From the NCBI RefSeq assembly GCF_947568905.1, contig NC_079172.1, positions 70,618,001 through 70,682,000 on the forward strand: a stretch of DNA of 64,000 nucleotides, read 5' to 3'. Source of the stretch: Ostrea edulis (taxonomy: Eukaryota). The notes below the pieces were generated by a model. That model saw only the letters and a list, made by a program, of their open reading frames with translations. It was not told the origin of the DNA and ran no database searches. Positions 38,850-51,425 of this stretch are shown here, piece after piece; positions within the stretch are counted from its first letter, which is position 1; every line of letters begins with the position of its first letter. Position numbers and translations under genes: made by a program.

Positions 38850-41800
38850 ATGCGTATAGTCGCATGGAATGTAAACAGAAATTTAGAGCAAAAGATATGT
38901 GACAGTGACTTTTGCGCAGTCATATCTGACTACGATGTAATATTTTTATCAGAATGCTGGATTCAACCTGGAACATCTCTAAAGTGCGATTGGTTAAACG
39001 ACGAATTTGAATACAAATGTTTTCCTAGACTGAAGGGTAAAGACGGTGGCCTTGTGCTGTTATACAGAAAAACACTTCGTAAGTTTGTATCAATTGTTAA
39101 ATGTGTTGAAGACACACTCATATGGTTAAGAGTAGAACAAAGAGATCATCCCGATATTTATATCTGTTTTGCGTATATACCTCATGATCATAACGTTTAC
39201 TTCACAAAGTATAATTGCGATTTATTTGATTGCATCTTAAATGATATGTCAATTTTTACACAGAACGGCACTGTTGTTGTTGCCGGTGACTTAAACAGTA
39301 GAGTTGGTAATTTACCTGATTATATTGTAGAAGACTCTCTTGCTATACCTATTCATGATATGCTGTCAAATGTTTTTGATTATAACACCGATTCGGTCAT
39401 GCCACATCGAGTATCAGAAGATATGATGGTTAATAGGTTTGGCAGAAAGCTTTTAGAATTATGTAAATCTACTGGTTTAAGACTTTGTAATGGTAGAATA
39501 CCAGGTGATGAAAATGGTCAGTTAACTTTTTACAATCACTTGGGTACAAGTGTTATAGATTACATTTTAGTAGAAGATGCGTACTTTAACAATGTCACTA
39601 AGCTTAACGTCTGTGAGTTTAACGAATGGTCAGATCACGCACCAGTAGAATTTACTTTGAAATGTATGAATGCTAGCTTTTCCAATAATAGTGATGTAAT
39701 CACGAGTGGTCCAAATACGACACGGAAGTTCAGATGGGACGACGAGCATGTGGAACAAATGGAACGTGACCTCAATGACAAAGTCAGTGATCTGTATAAT
39801 ATTATCGACTTAATACAATCATCTACCCTAACACTGGATCGTGGTATTGAGCAGTTTAATTCTATATTAAATGATGTTTTTCAACCTTGTTCTAGAAATG
39901 TAACATGTTGTAAAAAAAAATCACCAAATAAGAAAAGTTCTACCAGCAAGGATAAACCTTGGTTTGACGAAAAATGTAAGCACTTGTATAACACTTATCG
40001 TCATTTTATGTACATCTGTAATTCTGAGCGTAGTCCGGAAAACAGATGTAATCTGGTTGAAGTTAAAGGTGAATACAAACGTTATGAACGACAGGTCAGA
40101 CGTAAGTATTTAAGATCAGAGGGGAACCGACTTAGTCTGTTACGTAGGAATAATCCTAGGCAATTTTACAAAGCGTTTAAGAAGAATTCACGGTCTCCAC
40201 CTACAGAGTTGTCTTTGAATAATTTTTTTGAGCATTTCAAGTCTGTCTGTAACAATGATGGAGATAACAATAATACAAATGTGGACCGAGCTCAAAGTTG
40301 CATTTTCGAGGAGCTAGATGTTCCAATATCATGTGATGAAGTTTGTAATGTATTAAAGAAAACGAAAGCTGCTAAATCACCGGGCATTGATAACTTGTTA
40401 AATGAATACTTCTGTAAATTTCGAGTTATTTTTACTCCATTGTTGTCACGTCTATTCAATATTATCTTTAATCGTGGCACATTTCCAACATGTTGGTCTG
40501 AGGGAATTATTTTTCCATCTTTTAAGAAAGGAAATGCTAACGACACTAATAGCTATAGAGGCATAACTCTGGTGAGTTGTTTGGCAAAAATATTTACTTC
40601 TGTTTTAAATGATAGGTTGTTAAAGTGGTCTTCAAACCAGGTTTTGGCACTACAGACGCTATATTTGCATTACAAAGTGTCATTAGTAGAACGTTATCAC
40701 GCAAAAATAAGTTATTTTGCTGTTTTGTTGATTATCAAAAGGCTTTCGATAATGTCAACCGAAACAAGTTATTTTTTAAATTATCACGCTGTGGCATCAC
40801 TGGTAAATTACTTACAATCATCAAATCACTATATAGTAACTTAAAATCCTGTGTTAGATTTCAATCCGAATTATCGAACTTCTTCTCATGTACAAACAGA
40901 TTAATGAAAGGTGAGGGGTTGTCCCCCTTTTTGTTCTCTCTCTATGTGAATGATTTTGAGAATGCATTTATTAATAGCTTATGTGATGGAATTGACTTTA
41001 AAGATATATCACTGTTTTTGCTAATGTACGCTGATGATACTGTACTTTTTTCTGAATCAGCCACAGGATTACAAAACATGTTAAATACTTTATCAGTTTA
41101 TTGTAACGAATGGGACCTAAAAGTTAACATTCAAAAAACAAAAGTTCTTGTCTTTCGTAACGGAGGGAAAATAAATGCCGCCAGCAAATGATTTTACAAT
41201 GGTAGCGAACTAGAAGTTGTTGACAGCTTTAATCATCTTGGTCTTACTTTAAATTTTAATGGTAAATTTTTAAAGTCTCAGTGTATTATCGCCGAGCAGG
41301 GTAGAAAATGTATGTACCATATTCTTCGAATTTGTGATAATCTGTCACTGAATATTGTAACAAAACTTCATGTATTTGATACTTATGTTTCAAGTGTTTT
41401 GAATTATGGTAGTGAAATTTGGGGTTTTAACCCAGGTAACGATGTTGAAAAGGTACATGTGGACTTTTGTAAGCGAATTTTACATGCAAAGAAGTGCACT
41501 CCAAATTATATGGTTTACGGGGAACTTGGTCCTGTGCCAATGTATAATTTACGTATGATAAAAATTATTAAATATTGGTTGAAAGTTATCAAAACCGACA
41601 ATTGTATCCTTCAATCTATATATGATGACATGTTGATTTGCAATCACAAGAACTGTAATTGGCGCTGCCAAGTTAAGCATTTATTATTATCGAAAGGATT
41701 TGGTGATGTATGGTTTAACCACTATGTTAATAGTGAAATTTTATTTCTAGAATGTCTCAAACAGCGTTTAACTGACAACTTCATGCAGTCACGAGATGAA

Positions 41801-42416
41801 TTTTTTGATAATTCACCCAAATGTATTCTGTATAGACACCTTATTGATAATGTTACCATTCAATTTTACTTGACAAAATCTATTCCGGAAAATCTTATTA
41901 ATCTTTTAGCAAAATTTAGATTGTCTGCTCACCAGCTTAGAATTGAACAAGGTAGATATAATGGCACAGCAAGACAAGATCGATTGTGTGAATTTTGTAA
42001 TTTGAACGAAGTTGAGGACGAATATCATTTTATTTTGATATGTCCTTTGTACAAAAACCTCAGATCTGCATATATAATAAAAATATTATTGGTCGCATGC
42101 TTCTATGTTTAAACTGGTACAATTGATGTCAATTCATAATAGAAAACAAATCTGTAATCTGGGTAAATTTTTTAAAGGTGCTTTACTCTTACGATCTAGC
42201 CAAACTATCGTCTAATGTATATGCTGGTTTTTGTTGGTTTCTTTTTTATGTAAACTTGTCTTATAACTCTCTTCATGTATGTCCATCCTCTAATATTCAC
42301 TCCACTTTTCATACTGTATACATCTTTTTTGTTTATATTTTGTAATTGAATATGTATTATGCTGATGAGCTGTAAGGCTTAAAGCCAATAAACAATACAA
42401 TACAATACAATACAAT
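38850..42416 (+). mobile_element. Non-LTR retrotransposon (RTE-X-like), near-complete APE-RT ORF2 (38850-42215) with a few lesions and a (CAATA)n tail
   Basis: APE motifs WNV, SECW, GDLNSR, IDY and SDH. RT motifs KSPGID, YRGITLVS, VDYQKAFD, GEGLSP and YADD. C-terminal IEQGRY...CEFC...EDEYHFILICP. Frameshift at ~40630, TGA at 41189 and a shift at ~42080. AATAAA plus caata repeats at 42387-42416. Clade assignment is tentative. Confidence 0.88.
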
Positions 42417-42896
42417 GACAGCGTAACCACCAGTCATGCAGTAGTAAAAAGAAATACATGTAGCGGTTGTGTATGATTATGTAATGTTCACGCTCCTCAA
42501 AGTTTACATACACATGCAGAGATTGTATAAATAATCACACTTTTTAAAACTTGTAGAAGTTCACCAATATAATCATTAAAAACAACTAATTCCTCACAGA
42601 CAGAATTGTATCCTGTGAAAAATCATATTTTCGAGAATGCTGGTAAACGAACTGGGGTTTGGGCTGTATATTGGACATAGGGTACCACAGGTAGTGCCAA
42701 TTCATATTATCCACTGTATCGGGAAATGACGTGCGGAAATGAAAGGGCGTGCTTCGGTTTTCAACCTTTGTTGCCATATGACCTAGAAACTGGGCCGTTA
42801 AGTTTCATGTGTGTTACCGAATTCTTCACCTGCTTCAAACCTATATCACGCACAACTTCACATACTACTCCTGCGAGTAAGAGCCCTACTGTCCTC

Positions 42897-43303
42897 TCCA
42901 GATAGCATACCTACGAAATTTAAATTAATCCGTTAAAAGAGTGATTGCATACATTGGGCCAATGTTCGGACAACATCTTGTGTCCCCAACGTCATTTTGA
43001 CTTTGGCTACCATTATGGAGTTATGGGATTAATCGCTGTTCGTTACCTTCACCTTTTATCATGACTTTCGTTGGGTCAACATTGGGCCAACGTAGAATTT
43101 CTAACGTCATTTTGACTACTGATTTACATCTATTTACTTACGTTGGGCCAGTGATGTGTTCCCAATTCGTCATTTTAGTATCACCTACGCAAGCACGCCA
43201 ACGTTGGTCCAAGGTTGGCCCAACGTTGTATGCCCGATGTCAACCATCTGCCAACAGTACGACCTTTTGCCAACGTTGACCCAACATAGCCATGCTATCT
43301 TGG
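42897..43303. mobile_element. Short MITE-like element rich in ccaacgttgg-type palindromes
   Basis: Ends ccagatagcat / atgctatct-gg, with multiple aacgttgg / ccaacgt motifs inside. Confidence 0.45.
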
Positions 43304-44367
43304 CCATTTTACGTTATTTTTTACATGCAAACTTATTTATTTCTACATAAAAACAAGATTTACTTAATGACTTTCAATTTTTCTCGGATTTTGACGTTTG
43401 GACAAAATATTTTGGCTTGTCGACAATACTAGCCAACTTCTCCCCCACCTCACCTCCCTTTGAAAACGATGCTACGTGTCTTTATGGTAAATCGTAAGCA
43501 TTCTAAAAATAAATTAATTTATATTTCTTATTTTAAGCTGAAAACGAATAATTTGATATTCATTTTGGCTACATGTAATATATACACAATCTAATTTTAT
43601 TACTTTTAATGGGCAATACAAATTTGTGTTTAATCATGTAAAGTACATGCAATATTTACATCCTCTTGGTCCTTGTCATAGAACTTCGACAGAATAATTA
43701 GTGGTTGTATTATCATTTGACCTCAAATGTTTGTCTCAAATTAAATTGAAATGCTGAATTTTTAGAAATCGAATTCTACAGTTCCATATACATGTATCGT
43801 ATTAGTGTGTTTGGATAATAGATTGATTCTATAAATAATTCGTTCTTATATAAATGTAAGCTACAAGTATACATGACTGTAAATACATCAGTGTATGCGA
43901 GATAAATCAAATACTATGGTAATATGTACACATGTATCTTTAATCTAAAATTCAGTTAAAAATACATCAATACCCGAAACAACATACACGAAGATGATTA
44001 AAAAATACTAACTTAATATATACACACATTTAAGTGGTGTATGAAAGGTGAAGATAATGAATAGTGATCAATCTCATAGCTCCAACAAGGAATAGAAAAT
44101 AGAGTTGGGCAAACACGGACCCTTTGCCATACTAGAGGTGGGATCAGGTACCTAGGGGGAGTAAGCATCCCCTGTCGATCGTACAAAATAAAATGTTAGG
44201 CAAACAGGGACCCTCGGCATACTAGAGGTGGGATCGGGAGTCAATAAGGAGTTAGCATTCCCAGTCGACCGTGTAGCATTTCATTTGAAAACCTATACGA
44301 ATTTACTAGACTGTGCTATCATTTGTACCCATTCAAGAAAATTAATGAAATATAATATCCATAACTA

Positions 44368-44520
44368 GAATTCTTATAGGGCATACATGTATATTGTATA
44401 GATTCAATAATTCTTATAGGACATACATGTATATTGTATAGATTATATAATTCTTATTGGACATACATGCACATTGTATAGATTATATAATTCTTATAGG
44501 ACATACCTGTATATTGTATA
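44368..44520. repeat. 40-bp tandem repeat, ~4 copies
   Basis: Unit aattcttataggacatacatgtatattgtatagattatat. Confidence 0.8.
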
Positions 44521-44888
44521 AAACCGTCATGTGATTATTTATATAAACAATGCACCCAGACTGTAAGCAATTACAAGATAAAGATAACGAACAGTGACCA
44601 ATCTCATACAACTGACAAATTGAGTTTTCTTTTTTATGTTTCCGCGATTTCTACGTTTCAAGTTTAGGACTTTGAAGTCGTTTTGTGACGTCGAAAGATA
44701 AGGGTTCTTTTCTCATGACGCCAGTATCAAAATTTTTCTTCTTTTTTTTTCGTGTAAAAAGGATGTCCTGATTATTTCAATCTGACTAGACAGGAGTATA
44801 TAAGAATCAAAACGTTCTATATAACAACAGTTAAGCATTCCCACGGTTGCAGTGTATGAGTACTAGAAATGTCTATTTATAGAAATAG

Positions 44889-44950
<62 letters not shown>

Positions 44951-45138
44951 TATCTCCCTCATGCATAGCTCTTATCCTTGGACGAATTTGACTCCACTTT
45001 TTTGGCACGATGTTTTTGGCTATATTTAGCTCTAAAACTTCATAGTTATTTCAGATTTCAAACATTTCGGTTGAGCATCACTGAAGAGACATTATTTGTC
45101 GAAATGCGCATTTGGTGCATCAAAATTGGTATAAGTTT

Positions 45139-45194
<56 letters not shown>

Positions 45195-45328
45195 TGATTG
45201 GTATGGAATTGATAATTGTAGAGTACGGAGAAGGCAACGTCTCAATGCAAGTCTTATCTATAGCGGTTATACATGTATATAGAGATAAATTTTGACGGGA
45301 AGGACACTCGGTGATTTTTCTGGTCAAC

Positions 45329-48300
45329 ATGTTGTATTGTACCATGTTTATTATACTAATTAGCATGTTAGGCCTCATACTTCCAGCTTCAGGTATATAT
45401 TTTACTTTTTCAGGCAATATTTCATGTAAAACTTTTATTTCTGATTCTCTGATAAACACAATACAAACATTGGAGTTTCCCCCAAACAGTTATTGCGATA
45501 TTCCAGGTACTGTTTACGACATCCGTGTCGTTTCTATTTATATCTACAGGAAGTGACGCACCTTGTCTCAATATCGGTGGTACCTGTCAAGATGACCATC
45601 ACGTTTGCTCCGGAAGTTACGTATCAGGATTATGTTCCGGGGGAGCCAATAGACGATGTTGTTCAGGTATCGTAAGAACTTTATAATACACGTTTTGTTA
45701 TTCAGCGCACCATATTTACCGTATGATTTTGTGAACATGCAGTAGTTTAAATAAAACGCCTGCTTTTTGTGATTTTCGCACAGCGTCTTTTTTTCTTCTT
45801 CTTTGCTGGCGTTGGCGCTAGGAAAATTACTTCGTGGCAAAATTTGGTATCTATTTTGATAGGCATGGTGATGACTAAATCTTACATACTCGGTTATTTC
45901 CTTAACAGCAAATAAATCAACGCCTTGATAGTGTTTTGCTATGTGCACAAAAATAAAAGTATGACGTCACAGCCATATGTTACGATATGAAACACGAGTT
46001 TCGGGGTTAAAACAAATGTAGCTGAGATATCATTTATATGTTGATTCGATATATCTTTGTGAACTCGAAATAAAAGACACCACAGAGTCATCCACTTCTG
46101 CTTTATACATAGGTATTTTATTGAAAGTAGATATTAACGGCAAACTAACAACTCAACTCTATGATTAACGGGATGATTTCAGCTGCTCCATCGTCAACTT
46201 CCCATATTTATGTAGCAATATTCCATTATTAAATGTATATCTTGTTTATGTCTCTCAACTGATTCGATAAGCAAGAGCTTGTTATGCGTATGATCAGTAT
46301 TTAAATCCAGACAGACTACTGACAAACAAGTTGATGGTGCAGGGGTTTCCACAGTCTCGTTCAAAGTCACCATTTTGCCAATTTTATGGTCGTTGTGACG
46401 ATCTTGTTTACCAATACAACCTATCAATGGGTCAAATGCTGTCTGATGTGTTTTATACAAATTTTTAGGCTGTTCGTGGCACACTGATTTTGACCACGGA
46501 TAACTCCGTTTACCTGATCAAGATATAGGACACACGGTGGGTATGACCGGTCGACAGGGGGTGCTTACTCCTCCTAGACACCTGATCCAACCTCTTGTAT
46601 ATCCAGGGGTCCGTGTTTGCCCAATTCTATATTTTGTATTGCTTATAGGAGTTATGAGATTGATCAATGTTCAATTTCTTCATCTTTCATAGCTAAGTTA
46701 CTCTACCACTATCAATATCCACGTCGTATGTTATTTACTAGAGTAAGATATCAATAAATCAAAAATGGAAGTTTAATGAAAATTAATCTTAAAAAGAATA
46801 CATTATACAGGGGTTCGTTTGTAGCCTTTTGGTATTATCCACATCCGCGCATCCGGTGAGTAATGTCATCAATTTGATGCAATCTTTGTGCTTGATCTAC
46901 GCCCGAGTCTTCCTTTCGGCTACGTAAAAGGACGGGTGAGATCCGATTGAGCTATGACTATAGATTATGCCATTTCCTTTGTAACTTGTAAGATGAGTTT
47001 TGATTGATTAACTAGGTACGTGTAGGTGGACATTTCCGTATACTCTGCTGAATTCGGGGTAAGTAACGTCACGACACAGTGTATCCTTCTTGCTTATTGA
47101 TTTATTCTTTTCCATTTCCGGTCTATTCCGTTTACCTGATCCACCTGAGACAATACAATGTATACACTTTATCCAAGTGCTGTAACTCGTAACAAATCAG
47201 TTTGATAGGGAAGACATGCAGCAACAAAAGAATGGGAGAGAATCCAATGTATCTGTTCTTAGTTGCACTGGATATCCACGCAATCTAGAAATTGTTGTCT
47301 CATTTTGATTGACGGCTGTAGGGGAAGTCTAGGTGACATAAGACTGATTACTGACAAATTTAGCTTGACACTCGAGTTTTGTGGGTACCCAATCATAGTT
47401 ATTCCAGAAAAATGTCTTTCCTAAAGTTAGCGCAAGCTATACCCAAAATCAGTATTTTTGAAATCTTCAAATAATCACATCATTAAGTCAAACCTTTGTT
47501 GTTGTTTTGCACCAGTAGGGAATGACGCACCTTGTCTCAATATTGGCGGTACCTGTCAGGATGACCACCAGCATTGCTCCGGAAGTTTCGTATCAGGCTT
47601 GTGTTCTGGGGATACCCACCGGCGATGTTGTTCAACACAATCTTCGTCANNNNNNNNNNNNNNNNNNNNNNNNNNNNNNNNNNNNNNNNNNNNNNNNNNN
47701 NNNNNNNNNNNNNNNNNNNNNNNNNNNNNNNNNNNNNNNNNNNNNNNNNNNNNNNNNNNNNNNNNNNNNNNNNNNNNNNNNNNNNNNNCAATTCATTAAA
47801 AACGCACACGTACAGCACTCTTCCCACATGTACCACACATTCATTTATTATTGCGTATTACTTATACCGAGGGTTACGGCCGCGGTAGCCAGTGTTTAGG
47901 CGCTAGTTTTGTCACTGGGAGGTCCGGGTTTAAATCTCCACTCCGGCGTCGCATCTAACCCAAGACGTTACCCTAAGTAGTGACTGTCACCAGGCGTCCG
48001 CCATTTGAATATGACCTTAAGAACGGAGGTCCTGTGTCACGGTCGGCGTTACTACGGCCCTGAACGCTAAGTATAAGTCTAAATCTGTGACACTTCACCT
48101 ACAACTGGTGACGCCTCTGAGTGAAAAATTCTAGAATGAGACGTAAAACAACAAACAAACGTACGCCAAGGAGGTTCTATTTCGGTGTTGTTGTTACATG
48201 TATATACATGTGTTTTGGTGTTTATCTATCGGGGTCGCGTCACATGGTAACCACTCTGTGGGGAAGATTTTCATAAATCTATTACACAATAGTTGAATTG

Positions 48301-49264
48301 GGCAAAGGAAGACCACTTTTGATTTTTCAGCTTTATCGAATGTCGTTATAGAGTTAGAATTATGGGACCTAATTTTTTTTAAATATTAATATTAGCATTT
48401 TCTATGACATGCAGTAACTGGAGAATATTTTCATAGAATCTAAATGTAAGGAATAGATAGGAAAAGGAGAACCCCTTCCGATTTTAAGATTTATTGTTTT
48501 ATCATTACCGCGGTTTAGTACTGACAATACTGAATTTCAGGTACAGACAGTGGAATGTGTTCTAACGTCAAAGTGTACTCCCGTGCCAGTTGGGGCGCCA
48601 AATCCCCAACGCATGTGAGCACTATGCACACCCCAGTCAGTCTCTTCTTCGTCCATCACACAGAGGGAAATGCCTGTCACGATTTCACTTCCTGTGCGAT
48701 ACAAATGCGTAATATTCAGAACTATCACATGGCTACTAGAGGTAAAAGAGATAGATAGATATATAGATAGGTAGATAGATCAACAGATGCATAGATGGAC
48801 AGATAGATAGATAGAGATCGATCGATCGATCGATCGATCGATCGTGTATCATGAGAAGATTAAATGGATACTTGAATAAGCAAATCAAATTAACAGCAAT
48901 TTCCAGAAAAAATATCAATTCATTTTAAGGCTGGTCAGACATCGGATACAGTTTCCTTGTTGGTGAGGACGGTGCTGTCTATGAAGGCCGCGGCTGGCAT
49001 CACGTGGGAGCACACACCCAGAACTACAACAGCCGAGGATTTGGCGTCTCTGTCATGGGGAATTTCATGCATAGAAAACCAAATAACGCAGCCTTAAATG
49101 CGATCAAAAACCTGATACAGTGTGGAATTGACACCGGATACGTCACCTCTGGTTACAGTCTCTATGGACACCGTGATGTTGGAACCACTGATTGTCCAGG
49201 AGATGATCTGTATAATGAAATAAGAACGTGGTCACATTACAACACCCAGAAACCACAACGGTGA
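45329..49264 (+). CDS. PGRP: PGRP gene 3: signal peptide + two defensin-like domains + PGRP amidase (exons 45329-45392, 45550-45666, 47519-~47650, 48541-48741, 48930-49264; ~282 aa)
   Basis: All junctions are phase 1. MLYCTMFIILISMLGLILPASG / SDAPCLNIGGTCQDDHHVCSGSYVSGLCSGGANRRCCS / NDAPCLNIGGTCQDDHQHCSGSFVSGLCSGDTHRRCCSTQSS / ...FVHHT...IGYSF...GHRDVGTTDCPG. The donor of the third exon falls at the N-gap edge and is inferred from the paralogue at 60382. Confidence 0.8.
46025..46692 (+). mobile_element. Penelope-like RT 3' fragment + terminal module in intron 2 of PGRP gene 3
   Basis: YVDSIY...ELEIKDTTES...LLKVDINGKLTTQLYD...IVNFPYLCSNIP block followed by the terminal module. Confidence 0.75.
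47650..47788. other. Assembly gap (N run) at the end of defensin exon 2 of PGRP gene 3
   Basis: Run of N bases. The paralogous interval (60382-60422) is only ~40 bp. Confidence 1.
47875..48160 (+). mobile_element. Degenerate SINE-like element (paralogous copy ~60510-60760)
   Basis: Decayed tRNA-like head (gcggtagccagtg...ggtccgggtttaaatc), body with gtgacacttcacctacaactggtgacg, and an aaac-type tail. Confidence 0.55.
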
Positions 49265-50810
49265 AGAACGAAATGTAATGAAAGCATTTGCTGTGAAAAA
49301 TATAAATATGAAAATCTCTACTTCCGTTTTATATCTATGAAATACGATTCATCTAGAAATCAATTTACGGAAGGAAAATTGTACGGAAGTTTTACGTTCC
49401 ACTCCTGGGGAGACGTCACCAGAATGAGATGAATTTTCATGTATTTAGATCCATACTAAATGCTCTAGACATTGATCGTGGTGAGGCCTATTGTAATTGC
49501 GAACCATGAAATATTGATCAAAGTAACTTCCACTTCATCTCCAAATCCATTCTCTTATTTGACCTTTACATAGAAAATGACACGTGACGCACTGTCTTAT
49601 CATGGAATATTATATGCTAAAACAATGTGTCCCCCCCCCCTTTGAGAAGGGGAGTCATAATAAGGCATTTGTATCTTTATAAAGATTTATTATTAGCATA
49701 ATTCATTAATTTATTTCATTAATCAACATTGATATAAATATAAAATAACCCTCTAAATCGTTATACGTCCTATCATCATTTTTGGGTAATTAGTTGCACC
49801 AGTCAAAATAGCAGTGATAAGTGAAAGTACAGACGGTTGTACAATTTTCAGTCACTTGCAGCTAGTACGGACCTCAGTTTATGAATTAGGATACGAAATT
49901 CAACTTAAACATGATAATATTATCTAATGCTGCACATTCTTGTAATACCTTGTTGCAATGCAAAAACATTCTGTTTCGTGGTATAGTACCAGGGTTGGAA
50001 TCCAGTATGAGTACAGTAATTCAAATTCTTTTGTCTCATTGGCTGAGATACATGTACTATATAAGACAATGTTGTTACAGACTTTTTCAGCTGGAACCAG
50101 TACGTATTCCTCATGTAACCTACCTATTATTTTCATCACAAGAACTTATGTTACATATTTTTGTTTCAACGTATCCGACATCAGATTTTAATATTCCTCT
50201 CATACTCCATATCCATTCTGACAAAACTCCCAAGTTCTTCCTCTTCATATTTAGCCCATTGTTTAGAATAATCTTCAGAAGAATTCATAACATTACTATC
50301 ATCAATCGAAATAACAGATTTTGTGAAGTTAAAATGAGGGATCTCAGACAGTCATTTTCAACTATATTTACCTTTATATTACCATTAATGACACGTCCAG
50401 CTGGACTATTGTTAAAAGAAGAAAAGAAAATGTAAAAGGGTTTTATCGAAGACGGTCTATATCTGGGCACTGCGAAATCAAAAAGCTCAGACCCAACAGT
50501 AGAGACACATCTGGCGGAAACGCAGGGTGTAGATTCGAACTTGAAACTCGACGAAATTCGAGACTGGGCATTCCTACAACTAAGACATTTATTCCTTTGG
50601 TAGTAAGTTTAAAGGAAACGACGAAGGCCTAATATGGCCTCCTTAAAATTGCAAAAGAAAATGCATGTAGAACAATTTGGGGAAATTTTGAATTCTTGTG
50701 ACAAAACCAGGATAATATTTACAATAATTCTTGTATCTATTCCTGTCATTTGAAACACAAATAAGGCATAATACACCTGCCTTCATTTTTACATTGAAAA
50801 TATCGCTAAA

Positions 50811-50935
50811 ACATCATATTTAGCTGTAACCGGGAGGGCCGTCATCATATTTAGCTGTAACCGAAAGGCCCGTCATCATATTTAGCTGTAACCGAAAGGC
50901 CCGTCATCATATTTAGCTGTAACCGAAAGGCCCGT
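50811..50935. repeat. 31-bp tandem repeat, 4 copies
   Basis: Unit tcatcatatttagctgtaaccgaaaggcccg. Confidence 0.85.
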
Positions 50936-51009
50936 GTTCGTTTTTAGATCGCAGCGCCACCTAAAACTTAAGACATTTAATATAGGTAATCACTGTTTCC
51001 TCACCGAGT

Positions 51010-51245
51010 GCCTGGTATTAAAAGTGAGAGTTAAGCGCCCGGCTATTAGAAATGAGAGTTAAGCGCCCGGTATTAGAAATGAGAGTTAAGCGCCCGGTAT
51101 TAGAAGTGAGAGTCAAGCTCCCGGTATTAGAAATAAGACTCAAGCGCCCGACATTAGAAGTGAGTCAAGCACCCGGTATTAGAAATGAGAGTCAAGCGCC
51201 CGGTAATAGAAATGAAAATCAAGCGGCCGATATTAGAAATGATAA
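51010..51245. repeat. 27-bp tandem repeat, ~8-9 copies
   Basis: Unit aagcgcccggtattagaaatgagagtt, period 27 (51061 to 51088). Confidence 0.9.
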
Positions 51246-51249
51246 TCCA

Positions 51250-51425
51250 ACGCAACATTCCTTGATGCGGTCAAACGCCTTATCGAATGTGGTATTCAGA
51301 AAGAATTCATCGTCCATGATTACTGTCTGTATGGACATCGTGACGTCGGTAGCACGGAGTGCCCCGGGAACCGGCTGTATCAGGAGATTCAATCTTGGCC
51401 CCACTACAGTCACACTGACCTATAG
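51250..51425 (+). pseudogene. 3' fragment of a PGRP gene 2 duplicate
   Basis: Reads LDAVKRLIECGIQKEFIVHDYCLYGHRDVGSTECPGNRLYQEIQSWPHYSHTDL*, versus LNAVKRLIECGIQKGFIAHDYHLYGHRDVGSTECPGDLLYQEIQSWPHYSHTHP* at 36329-36494. The 3' UTR also matches. Confidence 0.9.

Noticed and set aside
42355-42395. Hammerhead ribozyme at the LINE 3' end (CTGATGA motif)
   Set aside because: CTGATGA plus a short stem is followed by TTAAA rather than the required GAAA, and stems I and III are not evident. More likely the LINE 3' recognition stem-loop.
47522-47899. ORFs spanning the N-gaps (also 19601-19843)
   Set aside because: They are artefacts of translating through N runs.
49911-50470. Cluster of overlapping 61-174-aa ORFs
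   Set aside because: No motifs. The region is paralogous non-coding flank (matching 33440-33530 and 63230-63300) in which the frames are not conserved.
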